The position numbers and the translations under genes are program-made. Source: Candidatus Hodarchaeota archaeon (GTDB taxonomy: Archaea; Asgardarchaeota; Heimdallarchaeia; Hodarchaeales; Hodarchaeaceae). Taken from it: a stretch of 52,765 bases of DNA. Position 1 is the first letter of the stretch; the number at the start of each line of letters is the position of its first letter. The notes under the pieces were generated by a model. It did not search any database. It was not told the origin of the DNA and saw only the letters and a program-made list of their open reading frames with translations. The stretch covers positions 1-52,765 of the forward strand of contig JAHQWW010000016.1 in assembly GCA_029856365.1 (NCBI GenBank), written 5' to 3'. Positions 10,323 through 19,816 of the stretch are shown one piece after another.

Positions 10323-10577
10323 TTATTCAACTTTTCCAACTGCAAGCCGAATATCAGAGTCTTTTATGGTTTTTCGCCCCGAATGACCAGCAATTTCTAC
10401 TGCATATCGAGCAATTTCTAGGCCTTTGTTAGTGATGATTTCATTTAGACTTGCTATGGCATCAGCTGAAACACGGAAAGCTCCCGCATCTCTGATGAGT
10501 CTCTCAACACGAGCGCCTGCAAAACTTATTTTGCCTTTAGTTGCTGGCTTTGGTGCTGCTTTTTTCTTTTTTGCCAT
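10323..10577 (-). CDS. Archaeal histone (HMfB-like fold) with N-terminal lysine-rich tail
   Basis: RLIRDAGAFRVS...HSGRKTIKDSDI matches HMf hallmarks (AGA loop, RKT, His/Asp). Preceded by the 16-aa tail MAKKKKAAPKPATKGK. Confidence 0.95.
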   Translation of the reverse strand: MAKKKKAAPKPATKGKISFAGARVERLIRDAGAFRVSADAIASLNEIITNKGLEIARYAVEIAGHSGRKTIKDSDIRLAVGKVE

Positions 10578-10641
10578 TTTATATCACAATTTCTCTTTAT
10601 AGTAAGTCTTCAAATAGACTTAGAGATAAAGTCAATCATTC

Positions 10642-10649
10642 TTTATAAA
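10642..10649 (-). promoter_or_regulatory. Candidate TATA box for the histone gene
   Basis: TTTATAAA preceded on the minus strand by purine-rich GGATAAATG (BRE-like), about 65 bp upstream of the ATG. Confidence 0.45.
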
Positions 10650-10777
10650 CATTTATCCAGTAATAACACGAAAGAAGAATATCAAGAAAAATCAAAGTTC
10701 TATCGCGTAGATTATTTCTTTTTACTGTTTTCACATTGTAATCCTATAAGTATCTTTAAGTTAAACCTTTTTTTTCA

Positions 10778-12049
10778 TTAAAATGGTTCAAATGTAAAAG
10801 GGGATTCTTTAGTCCTAAAAAGATCATCTAGGTTGTCAAGATATGTTTTATCGGTTATTTGAACTAATCCATATTCGTAGAGTTTTTTAAGACTAATAGC
10901 TCCCATTACCAGACTAGAAAACCGTGCAATATCAATGGATATTTCTACATCATATTCTTCTCCAGCGGAAATCACTTTTGGCTTTCCTTTTTGAAAGTGG
11001 ATTATTAGCTGGACATTATTTTCAGGTAAGAATGTATCTATGATAGTGAGTTTTAGTTTAATGCTTTGGTTTCCAAAGTTATGATCAGACAGAAGAGTAA
11101 AGAATTTTAAAGTATCGATTAACCGATACATAATTCCTACTCCTTGGATATTGCTTTCTTGAAAGATATGGAAGATATTTTCATTGCCACGGCTTCGTGG
11201 TTCCTTCAAAAAATGATGAAAATAGTGATCATGAGTATTGTAAAGGATTCGATGGATTTGATCTTGTTGAGTGGCAAGAAATGTTAGAAGGCCTAAGAAT
11301 GCTTCTGGTGAATCATAAATGAATTCCATAATATGAATATTGTATTGAAGCCAGCTTCCCCCTTCTACTCTTTTCATACGAAACGCTAAATAACCCATTA
11401 ATATTTCATTTTCCCAATAACCAATGACTTTCATTCTAACAAGCATTTGTTTAAAGGCATCACTATCCTCTCCTCGTAAAATCGTACCATGTGTTGTTGT
11501 TACATATCTATTAAAGCATTCTGAGATGGCTTCAATATCATCCATTGATAAATAAGAGACATTCATTTTTGTGGTTTGTTGCAACGCTATTGGCTCAAAA
11601 CAGTATTGATTCATCTTATTTCCTAATCCATAGCCCATCTTTGTATAAAAATCGGGAGCAAATGGATATAGACATGTTAAACAGTACTCACGATCGTAAT
11701 AATGGTTGTGAGCAAATATCATTAGATCTTTGGCAACATGTTCTTTCTTATGAAGAAGATCAACACACATTTCCCCTATTCCACCACATTTAACCATATA
11801 TTTTGAAAATAAGTTCATCTCAAAATCATACAGAATCATCCCACCCAATAATTTGTCCTCTTGAAAACATCCATAAAAATTCACTATGGTATTTTCATTA
11901 TTAGTTTTAATCCAGTCTTCTTTTTTCTGTCTTTTCATATCTTCCGTAAAATTATCTGGTACCTGACCAGGATATGCTCCCGCCCAGATCGCAAGGAATG
12001 TGTCAAAATCTTTGTCCACTAGCTTTCTAACATTTCGATTCTCTTTCAT
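10778..12049 (-). CDS. eis: Eis-family GNAT acetyltransferase (tandem GNAT + SCP2-like C-terminal domain)
   Basis: About 420 aa; LYPFAPDFYTKMGY motif, MYRLIDT, SCP2-like SSLVMG..L...GLV, terminal Phe (EPF) as in Eis proteins. Confidence 0.85.
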   Translation of the reverse strand: MKENRNVRKLVDKDFDTFLAIWAGAYPGQVPDNFTEDMKRQKKEDWIKTNNENTIVNFYGCFQEDKLLGGMILYDFEMNLFSKYMVKCGGIGEMCVDLLHKKEHVAKDLMIFAHNHYYDREYCLTCLYPFAPDFYTKMGYGLGNKMNQYCFEPIALQQTTKMNVSYLSMDDIEAISECFNRYVTTTHGTILRGEDSDAFKQMLVRMKVIGYWENEILMGYLAFRMKRVEGGSWLQYNIHIMEFIYDSPEAFLGLLTFLATQQDQIHRILYNTHDHYFHHFLKEPRSRGNENIFHIFQESNIQGVGIMYRLIDTLKFFTLLSDHNFGNQSIKLKLTIIDTFLPENNVQLIIHFQKGKPKVISAGEEYDVEISIDIARFSSLVMGAISLKKLYEYGLVQITDKTYLDNLDDLFRTKESPFTFEPF

Positions 12050-12108
12050 CTCGATTTTCCAATCCTATAAATGAAATTATGATTTTTAAAAAGTATCACT
12101 TCAAAACA

Positions 12109-12708
12109 TTAAATAAAGCTAATTGCAATATTGTTATCTTTTTTCTCCGTTATCATAATGATAGGATAACTCAATGCTGCTGATAGAGTAATAGCAAGTG
12201 TATTCCTCGTTTGTTGCCTCTGGAAATGATGGACATGGCCAGCCACCAAAATTTTTGGTTGATACTGATCAACAAGCTTTCTTACTTTTTTATTACCACA
12301 GTGAGGAATCATTTTTGTGTGAAATGGATCACTACATTGATCTGCAAGGCCGAACGCTGGTTCATGAGAAACTAAAACATCAACATTCCTCGGAATGGAA
12401 ATAGGTTCACAAAGATAATCAATACCGAAGAAATGCAATCCAGTTAATTTATTGAGTCTGTTGAGATGGTTGTTTAACCAGAAAAAGTTATGGATCCTCT
12501 CGAGTTTATGGTGGAGTTTTTCTCTCCCCCAGGTTTCTTTGTTTCCTTTTATGCTAAAAAATGGTAAAGGGAATTCGAAATCATTCTGTTTAGGATATTG
12601 GTGATAATTAAAGATATCTCCACAACAAATACAAAGATCAACCGTCTCTGCGATCTGAAATAATCGGGTGAAATCTCCCTCAAAATCAGCACTAAGAAGG
12701 ATTTTCAT
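12109..12708 (-). CDS. Calcineurin-like metallophosphoesterase
   Basis: SADFEG, CGD, KGNKE, SHEP and GHVH motifs; start moved to MKILL. Confidence 0.8.
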   Translation of the reverse strand: MKILLSADFEGDFTRLFQIAETVDLCICCGDIFNYHQYPKQNDFEFPLPFFSIKGNKETWGREKLHHKLERIHNFFWLNNHLNRLNKLTGLHFFGIDYLCEPISIPRNVDVLVSHEPAFGLADQCSDPFHTKMIPHCGNKKVRKLVDQYQPKILVAGHVHHFQRQQTRNTLAITLSAALSYPIIMITEKKDNNIAISFI

Positions 12709-12888
12709 TTTAATAACACATATTCGCAAAATAATGTTCATCTTGGACTTATGGAAGTCTTTTTCTAAAGATTCTCTTCTTTTAATATGAATATCTTAAT
12801 AGAATTTTCCCGTACCATTGTAAAAGAATAGATTCTTTAATTTGTCATTAAAACTCTAAGAATTGCTGAAGTTATTAGATGATAGTTT

Positions 12889-13641
12889 ATGCTAAAGGAA
12901 AAAGAAATTGTTTTGTTAAATTCAAATGTAAAAAGCTGTTTTAATTGCAACCTTTCTAAAACCAGAAACAATCCCATTTGTGGAGAAGGAAACTTAGATG
13001 CCAAAATCATGCTGATAGCACAGGCCCCAGGTGTTCAAGAAGATACTAAAGGAAAGATGTTTATTGGTCCTTCAGGTCAAATATTAAATGAACTACTGAA
13101 AGGAGCTAATTTAAACCGAGAAGATATCTACATGACCAACCTAATAAAATGTATGCTTCCAAAGTATCGGAAACCAAAAACAAAAGAAATTAAATCCTGT
13201 AGTCAATATCTAGATAGAGAGATTGAAATAATTAAACCTCAAATTTTAGTACCTTTAGGTTTCCATGCAATAAAATATATTTTTACGAAATATAATCAAA
13301 AACTTCCTTCAAAGGATGAGTATAATACAATCTTCGGAAATCTCTATTTAACTTCTAATAACAAATTTTTACCACTTCCTCATCCCGCAATCTTATTACA
13401 TAATCCATCTTATAAAGAGGAAGTAAAATATTATTACGATAAACTTAAAATCGTCTCAAAAGATTGTAAATGGTACAGAGTTTGCCCAATAAAATATTTT
13501 TATGAACAAGAGAAAATCCCAAGAATCTGGGTCGAGCTATATTGCAAAGGGGACTGGTCTAACTGTGTTAGGTTCCACATGGAAGAAGAGGGAAAGTATC
13601 ATTCTGATTATATGCTTCCAGATGGAACATTAATGGAATAA
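12889..13641 (+). CDS. udg: Family 4-type uracil-DNA glycosylase with extra Cys-rich C-terminal domain
   Basis: CxxC, GEG, AQAPG..E, FIGPSG, TNLIKC, HPA motifs; about 60-aa tail with 4 Cys ending MLPDG. Confidence 0.88.
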   Translation: MLKEKEIVLLNSNVKSCFNCNLSKTRNNPICGEGNLDAKIMLIAQAPGVQEDTKGKMFIGPSGQILNELLKGANLNREDIYMTNLIKCMLPKYRKPKTKEIKSCSQYLDREIEIIKPQILVPLGFHAIKYIFTKYNQKLPSKDEYNTIFGNLYLTSNNKFLPLPHPAILLHNPSYKEEVKYYYDKLKIVSKDCKWYRVCPIKYFYEQEKIPRIWVELYCKGDWSNCVRFHMEEEGKYHSDYMLPDGTLME

Positions 13642-13698
13642 TTATGATATTAGTAAAAAAAGGCAAGAGTTTACCTAAAAGAAGAGGGATTTTCATCA

Positions 13699-14679
13699 TT
13701 ATTTCCACAAATCAGTACTTAAATACTTCAAACCACTATCAGGTAGTAAAACGACAATAGTTTTCCCTTGTAAATCTCCTTTAAGTAGTTGAAGTGCTGC
13801 AGCAACATTCGCTCCTGATGAAAAGCCAGTAAAAATTCCTTCTTCTTGGGCTAACCGACGTGATGTTTCAATAGCCTCATCATTGGTAATCTGAAGATAT
13901 CCATCTATTTGGACTCCTTTTAGATACTTCAGATTAGCCATGGAGTATCCTCCTCCCTGGATTTTATGATTTGGGTTGTTAATTTTTCTCCCAGCCAGGA
14001 TAGCAGCTGTTTCTGGCTCTACAATGTAGCATTGTATCTTAGGATCATATTCCCTTAAAGCCTTCGATACTCCCGCAAAACTTCCCCCTGTCCCAACGAA
14101 GTCACAGAATGCGTCAACTTCCCCATCAGTTTGTTCAAGAATTTCTTTGCCTGTATTTAAATAATGTGCTCTCCAATTACCATCCAAGACAAATTGATCC
14201 GCCCGAAAAGCGTTCAATTGTGTTGTTAAGCGCATTGTCTCTTTTTCCACAACTTCCAAAGATTCTCCAGATACCTGTCCCGGGGGTGCGCCAGGAGCTT
14301 GGTCAACAAGGACAACTTTCGCTCCGAAGGCTCTCATCATTTGTGCTCTTTCTTCTGTATTACCTTTGCTCATCACTGCCACAAAAGGGTAACCTTTTAT
14401 AGCACAAACAATGGATAGCCCCGTTCCAGTATTTCCGCTGGTCAATTCTATAACGGTTTGACCTGGTTTTAATGATCCTGATTTTTCAGCATCTTCAATC
14501 ATTTGTAAACCAATTCTATCCTTTTTTGAATATCCTGGATTAAAATACTCTAGCTTAGCTAGTATACGTCCTTTAACTCCTGTATTATCTACTAATCTAG
14601 AGAGGTCTACTAGTGGTGTTTGCCCAATTGTTTCTATTATTGATTTACAAATCCCTTGACTATGTTTCAAATGCTTCAT
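13699..14679 (-). CDS. PLP-dependent cysteine synthase family protein
   Basis: IGQTPLV, KLEYFNPGYSKKDR (PLP Lys), TSGNTG, GTGGS, PDSGLKYLST. Confidence 0.9.
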   Translation of the reverse strand: MKHLKHSQGICKSIIETIGQTPLVDLSRLVDNTGVKGRILAKLEYFNPGYSKKDRIGLQMIEDAEKSGSLKPGQTVIELTSGNTGTGLSIVCAIKGYPFVAVMSKGNTEERAQMMRAFGAKVVLVDQAPGAPPGQVSGESLEVVEKETMRLTTQLNAFRADQFVLDGNWRAHYLNTGKEILEQTDGEVDAFCDFVGTGGSFAGVSKALREYDPKIQCYIVEPETAAILAGRKINNPNHKIQGGGYSMANLKYLKGVQIDGYLQITNDEAIETSRRLAQEEGIFTGFSSGANVAAALQLLKGDLQGKTIVVLLPDSGLKYLSTDLWK

Positions 14680-14739
14680 CTCAAAACTATCTTCCCAGAG
14701 AACAAGATTGGTATTGATTCTTAATATTAATTCAACTAT

Positions 14740-15336
14740 CTAAGAGAATTGGTCGGCAATACAATCATAACAAAGAGCAATTTTTGCATCATCTGTTTTC
14801 TTAATAATCTCTGCACATTCTGTACAATATAGTTTCAAACATTCTGAACATTTCATTATTCCAGGTACGCTCTTACAGCGTTGGCAATAATAATCGGAAG
14901 AGTCACTCCCTAACTTAATTACGAGTGATTCTAAGATTTTTTTTATAGTTTGAGGGTTTTTAATTACGCTAGAATCAATCCAAAATCTTTCAGTGAGTTG
15001 AGGAAAATCTTTTTCTACCAATTCAGAAGGAAGAAAGTCTTGCAGTGAATTAGTCTCAACATCATCAAGATCAATCCTCCAAGTCGCTTTTGGATAGACA
15101 AAAACATATTTCCGACCTTTAATTTTTATTTCTGACAATCCAATTAATCCTGCTTCTTCCAACGCGCTTAAGTGGAAATCAAGTCCTGCTCTTTGAAGAT
15201 CAAAATGAGTAATTAAGTCAGTTTTAATTAAAAATTTCTCGTTTGTAATATAGTTAAATATCTCTAATCGTTTCTTGTTAGAAATTGCCTTCAGTATCGT
15301 TTCAAGAGAAGTGTCGGATTTCATTCTTGTACACAT
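14740..15336 (-). CDS. ArsR-type winged-HTH regulator with C-terminal 8-Cys zinc finger
   Basis: LKAISNKKRLEI...HLSALEEAGLI; four CxxC pairs at the C-terminus. Confidence 0.8.
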   Translation of the reverse strand: MCTRMKSDTSLETILKAISNKKRLEIFNYITNEKFLIKTDLITHFDLQRAGLDFHLSALEEAGLIGLSEIKIKGRKYVFVYPKATWRIDLDDVETNSLQDFLPSELVEKDFPQLTERFWIDSSVIKNPQTIKKILESLVIKLGSDSSDYYCQRCKSVPGIMKCSECLKLYCTECAEIIKKTDDAKIALCYDCIADQFS

Positions 15337-15531
15337 TTTAGTAAAACTTGAAATTTTATTAATGCAACGATAATCAATTTAAACCATATTTTTATTAATC
15401 ATTGGTTTAGGTAAAAATAATTTTACGCAGAGTTGTTCACATTAGTTAACTTTTTTTTAACTATTCCATTAATAAGCTTAAAATACTTTTTACAGTCAAA
15501 ACTTAAATGTCCTAATTTGAGAACTTAAACA

Positions 15532-16233
15532 GTGAGAATAATGAGCGAACTAATTGTTGAAATTGATTCTCTTTCTAAGAATTATCAAAGTGGGGAGATT
15601 ACTGTCCGTGCTTTAAGTGGTGTGGATTTAAAAATTAAAAAGGGGGAATTTATAGTTATTCTTGGACCCAGTGGGTCTGGAAAAACCACACTACTTAATT
15701 TAATTGGTGGAATTGATGTACATACTAGTGGGTCAATTAGAGTCAATGCTAGAGAAATAACGAAGTTAAAGGAAAAAGAACTTACCGAATTTCGTAAAGA
15801 AGATGTTGGCTTTATATTTCAATTCTATAATTTAATTCCAACGCTTACAGCGATTGAGAACGTCGAATTAGCTGCTCGATTGAAATTCTCACGACGTATG
15901 GCTTATGAGCAATCCATGCGGATTTTAAAAACGGTTGAGATGGAGGATAAAGCCCATAAATTTCCTTCACAACTTTCAGGAGGAGAGCAGCAACGAGTTG
16001 CCATTGCACGAGCTCTTGTTAAAGAGCCAAAGATTGTCCTAGCAGATGAACCCACTGGGAATCTTGACACAGAAACAGGGGAGCGTATATTGAGTGAAAT
16101 GTTAAGGATTTGTAAAGAGAAGGGTACAACGTTTTTAATAGTTACCCATAATGTTGCAATTTCAAAACTCGCAGATTATATTATATATTTGAAAGACGGG
16201 CAAATTTTTGGTACCTCAAAAAATCAGTCATAG
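15532..16233 (+). CDS. LolD/MacB-type ABC ATP-binding protein
   Basis: GPSGSGKT, LSGGEQQRVAIARAL, ADEPTGNLD; start probably ATG 15541. Confidence 0.95.
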   Translation: MRIMSELIVEIDSLSKNYQSGEITVRALSGVDLKIKKGEFIVILGPSGSGKTTLLNLIGGIDVHTSGSIRVNAREITKLKEKELTEFRKEDVGFIFQFYNLIPTLTAIENVELAARLKFSRRMAYEQSMRILKTVEMEDKAHKFPSQLSGGEQQRVAIARALVKEPKIVLADEPTGNLDTETGERILSEMLRICKEKGTTFLIVTHNVAISKLADYIIYLKDGQIFGTSKNQS

Positions 16234-16247
16234 AATGAGGAGGGTCA

Positions 16248-18674
16248 TTGGTGTTATTCCTAAGAAAAATTGTACGAGATCTTTGGAAGAATAAGGCTCG
16301 ATCATTACCTATTATTATCCTGATAACAGTTAGTCAAACTGCTAGTATTCTCTATATTGAAGCAGGGGTATTAATGGATGTTAGCTGGCAAAAATATTTC
16401 CAAGAAGGAAATGTAGGAGATGTTTGGGTAGATACAGTTCCAATATCCCCATCTGTTTTTAATGAATCAATCATTTTCCAATGGGAAAATTTGTATTCAA
16501 TTACAGCAATTCAACCACGTTTATGCTTTAAAGGTCATGTTATGATACAAAATAAGAAAGTGCCAGTTGAAATTGTCTCTTTTCCTGAAAACAATTCAGA
16601 ATCAATCAACAGCATCATAACAAAAGATGGAACTTATTTTACAGATCATCATTCCAAACTCAATGGAGTATATATTGAACAATCATATTTAGAATTACAT
16701 AACCTTGAGGAAACGAAAGAAATTCCACTTAAGATTGATTTTGGAGCCGGATCAAAAGATTTGAATCTTACCTTATTAGGAGGAGCATTTAGTCCAGAAT
16801 ACCCCATGAAAGCGGGTGAGGGAGGATCTCAAACACAGTTTGAATTTTCAGCAACCTTTGCTCAATATTTGACGATGAGTATCTTCCTAAGAACGGATTA
16901 TCTACAAGAAGAGTTATATCAAGGTCAAGAGATTTATAACCAAATTTGTATTTCCCTTACTGACAGAAGTGAAATAGATTCTTTTATTCATTATCTACAG
17001 ACAGACGAATCACCTCTAAATCTATACACCATTGATGTGAGGAAATATCCCGCGTTAATCGAGGATATGGCTTTTCTCATGATTTGGGTCGGATTTGGAG
17101 TTGCTTTTTTCTTTCTAATTATTTCCATGTTTTTAACCTACACTGTGGTTAATCGCTTTATTGATGAACAGAAACCACAGATTGGAGTTATGAAATCATT
17201 AGGATATTCGAATAGATATCTTCTTACAAGAAATCTTTTTTATGGGATTATTTTAGGTTTTATAGGTTCTATTCTCGGGATTCTTATTGGAGGATGTATT
17301 GGGATATTTTTTGGAGATTTTGCACTAAGATCTTGGCTCTCAATCCCCTATATTGTGATTGTTTTACCAATCGAAGAGTCCCTCCTAATGTTGAGTATGA
17401 CAATAATAATTTCAACATTTTCATGTTATATCTCAGCTCGTAGAATCCTAAGAATTTCACCTCGAGCTGCTATTCAACCAGTCATTCATGAAAGAAATAT
17501 TACTACCTTTATTATAGAAGATATTTTTAAGAAAATATTACGATTTCGTTTATCTATACCCGCTAAATATTCCATTCGCAATGTTTTCATTAACCCCAAA
17601 CGAACTTTAACAACAATTATCTCATTACTCATGGCTGTTGCTCTTGTTGGAGGAGTGCTAACAATAGTTGCGAGTGTTTTCGAAGGGGGTTCTCTAATGT
17701 TTGAATCAGAAAATTGGGATGCTCAAATCACTCTTACATATGCTCAAGAATTTTCAGAAGTTGAATCCAACATTTTAACTCAATTTCCTAATCCTGAATC
17801 AATCACTCTAGAACCCATGCTAATTCATATAGCGTGGATAAAAGATCTAACTGACAATTCTTGGACAAAAATCACCTTTACTGCATTAGTTCCCAATCCT
17901 AGCTTAAAAATCTTTGACACAATCTCTACAGGTTTTTCAAGCGAAAATTCGGCAATAATTTCGCCAGATCTTGCTAAACAATTAGAACTTGAAGTTGGAG
18001 ATAGATATACATTACGTGGGTTAAATGGAACACTACAGGAAGTTGTTATCCAAAAAATTCTCGCGCAACATCATGTTTCAAGCTTCTATATCCCTATTTC
18101 GTTAGGAAATTATCTGTCATTTGGAAATAGCACAAATGAGATGGTAAATGGGGTTCTTCTTGCGGGACTGTCATCTGAAGATGAAATTAAACCATTGAGT
18201 AGAAATTATTCTATAATCTTAAAATCTGATCTAATAGAACAAACAGAATCTTGGCATATGACGATGAGTTCAATTCTATTTGTTATACTATTCCTAGTAT
18301 TAATTATCGCTGGGATGATTATCTATGCGATTATGTCTATTAGTATTGCTGAACGTAAGGATGATCTCACCATAATGCGATCAGTAGGTATCCAGAATCG
18401 GAATATTTACCTTTGGGGTTTACTTGAAGTCATAATTTACTCGCTATTGGCAAGTGTAGGATATTTCATTGGATTCTTTATATCGGTTTGGTACATGGAC
18501 ATTCTTCAACAGCTTATGCAACAACCGCAAGGAGTATTCAACCTATCATTTACTCACTATCTCTTGTCTTTGAGCTTTGGATTTGTTGCAGCAACATTAG
18601 GCCAATTCTTCGCATTACGTTATGTCCTAAAACAAAGAATAGCTACAGTTACAAAAGAAAAGATGTTTGGCTAG
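16248..18674 (+). CDS. FtsX/MacB-like ABC transporter permease
   Basis: Duplicated TM/extracellular/FtsX architecture (EQKPQIGVMKSLGY; ERKDDLTIMRSVG); GAGGAGG upstream of the TTG start. Confidence 0.88.
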   Translation: MVLFLRKIVRDLWKNKARSLPIIILITVSQTASILYIEAGVLMDVSWQKYFQEGNVGDVWVDTVPISPSVFNESIIFQWENLYSITAIQPRLCFKGHVMIQNKKVPVEIVSFPENNSESINSIITKDGTYFTDHHSKLNGVYIEQSYLELHNLEETKEIPLKIDFGAGSKDLNLTLLGGAFSPEYPMKAGEGGSQTQFEFSATFAQYLTMSIFLRTDYLQEELYQGQEIYNQICISLTDRSEIDSFIHYLQTDESPLNLYTIDVRKYPALIEDMAFLMIWVGFGVAFFFLIISMFLTYTVVNRFIDEQKPQIGVMKSLGYSNRYLLTRNLFYGIILGFIGSILGILIGGCIGIFFGDFALRSWLSIPYIVIVLPIEESLLMLSMTIIISTFSCYISARRILRISPRAAIQPVIHERNITTFIIEDIFKKILRFRLSIPAKYSIRNVFINPKRTLTTIISLLMAVALVGGVLTIVASVFEGGSLMFESENWDAQITLTYAQEFSEVESNILTQFPNPESITLEPMLIHIAWIKDLTDNSWTKITFTALVPNPSLKIFDTISTGFSSENSAIISPDLAKQLELEVGDRYTLRGLNGTLQEVVIQKILAQHHVSSFYIPISLGNYLSFGNSTNEMVNGVLLAGLSSEDEIKPLSRNYSIILKSDLIEQTESWHMTMSSILFVILFLVLIIAGMIIYAIMSISIAERKDDLTIMRSVGIQNRNIYLWGLLEVIIYSLLASVGYFIGFFISVWYMDILQQLMQQPQGVFNLSFTHYLLSLSFGFVAATLGQFFALRYVLKQRIATVTKEKMFG

Positions 18675-18859
18675 AAGGTATCATAACTGTAGATTCAAGC
18701 TTGTCAGAGAATCCAGATTGAATTGGTAATACAATGCTTCCCTTTTAGGAATTTTATCAGATTTTTTGATTATTCAAATGACCTAGGTGTTGACAAGCAC
18801 CCCTCATTGTGTGATTATCTACTCAAATTATCTTTTATGAAAAGTGTACCGAAGAATAA

Positions 18860-19426
18860 GTGGTGATTGAAATTATTTTTCCGAATCAAACTCCAGCTAT
18901 TTTTCTTCCTGAATTTCTGGTTTTAATTTTCTGTGAAATTGCCCTTTTCTGCTTTTTTATGCCCAAACAATCCCTTAGACAGATTTCTCCGATGATCGTG
19001 GCAATTAATCTCATCAAGGTAGGAGCTTTCAGTTTAATTGCGCCAGTTTTTCATCCATATAGCTATTCCTTTTATTATAATCCATTAATTGAAATCACTA
19101 TTTTGATCGTTATTGGAACAATTTTTTCCACAATAGTCTATGAGCGTGAACAGGTTGAGCTTTCCCGTAATCAAGCAAGTTCTATCGCCTTTCAGGTTAC
19201 AAGTCTTTCTACTTTTAGTTACATCAGTCTAAAATATTATGATTTCGGACCTTCCTACATATTTTTAGATTCATCAGGGTGGATATTACCTGAATCAATG
19301 GCATCACTACAACAACCATTTTTAGTACCTAATATTTTGTTATTTGTCGGACTTGTTATTGGATTATTAATGATCTTTATCCGTTACAATAAAAAGAATT
19401 TGACGACCTCCTCCTCTACTCCTTAG
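18860..19426 (+). CDS. Hypothetical multi-pass membrane protein
   Basis: About 5 hydrophobic segments; C-terminal 50 codons are duplicated at 20261-20411. Confidence 0.65.
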   Translation: MVIEIIFPNQTPAIFLPEFLVLIFCEIALFCFFMPKQSLRQISPMIVAINLIKVGAFSLIAPVFHPYSYSFYYNPLIEITILIVIGTIFSTIVYEREQVELSRNQASSIAFQVTSLSTFSYISLKYYDFGPSYIFLDSSGWILPESMASLQQPFLVPNILLFVGLVIGLLMIFIRYNKKNLTTSSSTP

Positions 19427-19816
19427 GTGTACTCTGTTGCTGCAAGTTTAAACAGAGAATCACACTCGTTACAAAACAAAAGAGTATTTGCTAGAGATTT
19501 CTTCCATTCATTCATGCTAAAGTATAATCAGTATTTACTCTCGAGGACTGGATTGTCTCGATACAACTACATTTACTTAAGGATTACTCCCCACCCAAAG
19601 CGCTTTGTAGAATTTATTAACAAATCTCCAAGAATCGAATATGTTTTCTTATTCACAATAAATTGGTATTTAAATGAAGTTAAAGATTCTACTCCAGATA
19701 AAGATGGTCGTAGAAATATCCATATTTATTTTAAAGATCAATTCAAAATGACTTCTGAAGATATTTTAATTGAGGGAGACCTACAAATAATGAATCTAAT
19801 GATGGAAAAAAAATGA
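19427..19816 (+). CDS. Doubtful hypothetical ORF or gene remnant
   Basis: Open frame filling the gap, no motif; overlaps the next start by ATGA. Confidence 0.3.
   Translation: MYSVAASLNRESHSLQNKRVFARDFFHSFMLKYNQYLLSRTGLSRYNYIYLRITPHPKRFVEFINKSPRIEYVFLFTINWYLNEVKDSTPDKDGRRNIHIYFKDQFKMTSEDILIEGDLQIMNLMMEKK

Noticed and set aside
19427-19816. GIY-YIG nuclease similarity (YNYIYLRIT)
   Set aside because: Lacks the YIG/Arg/Glu pattern; too weak to support.
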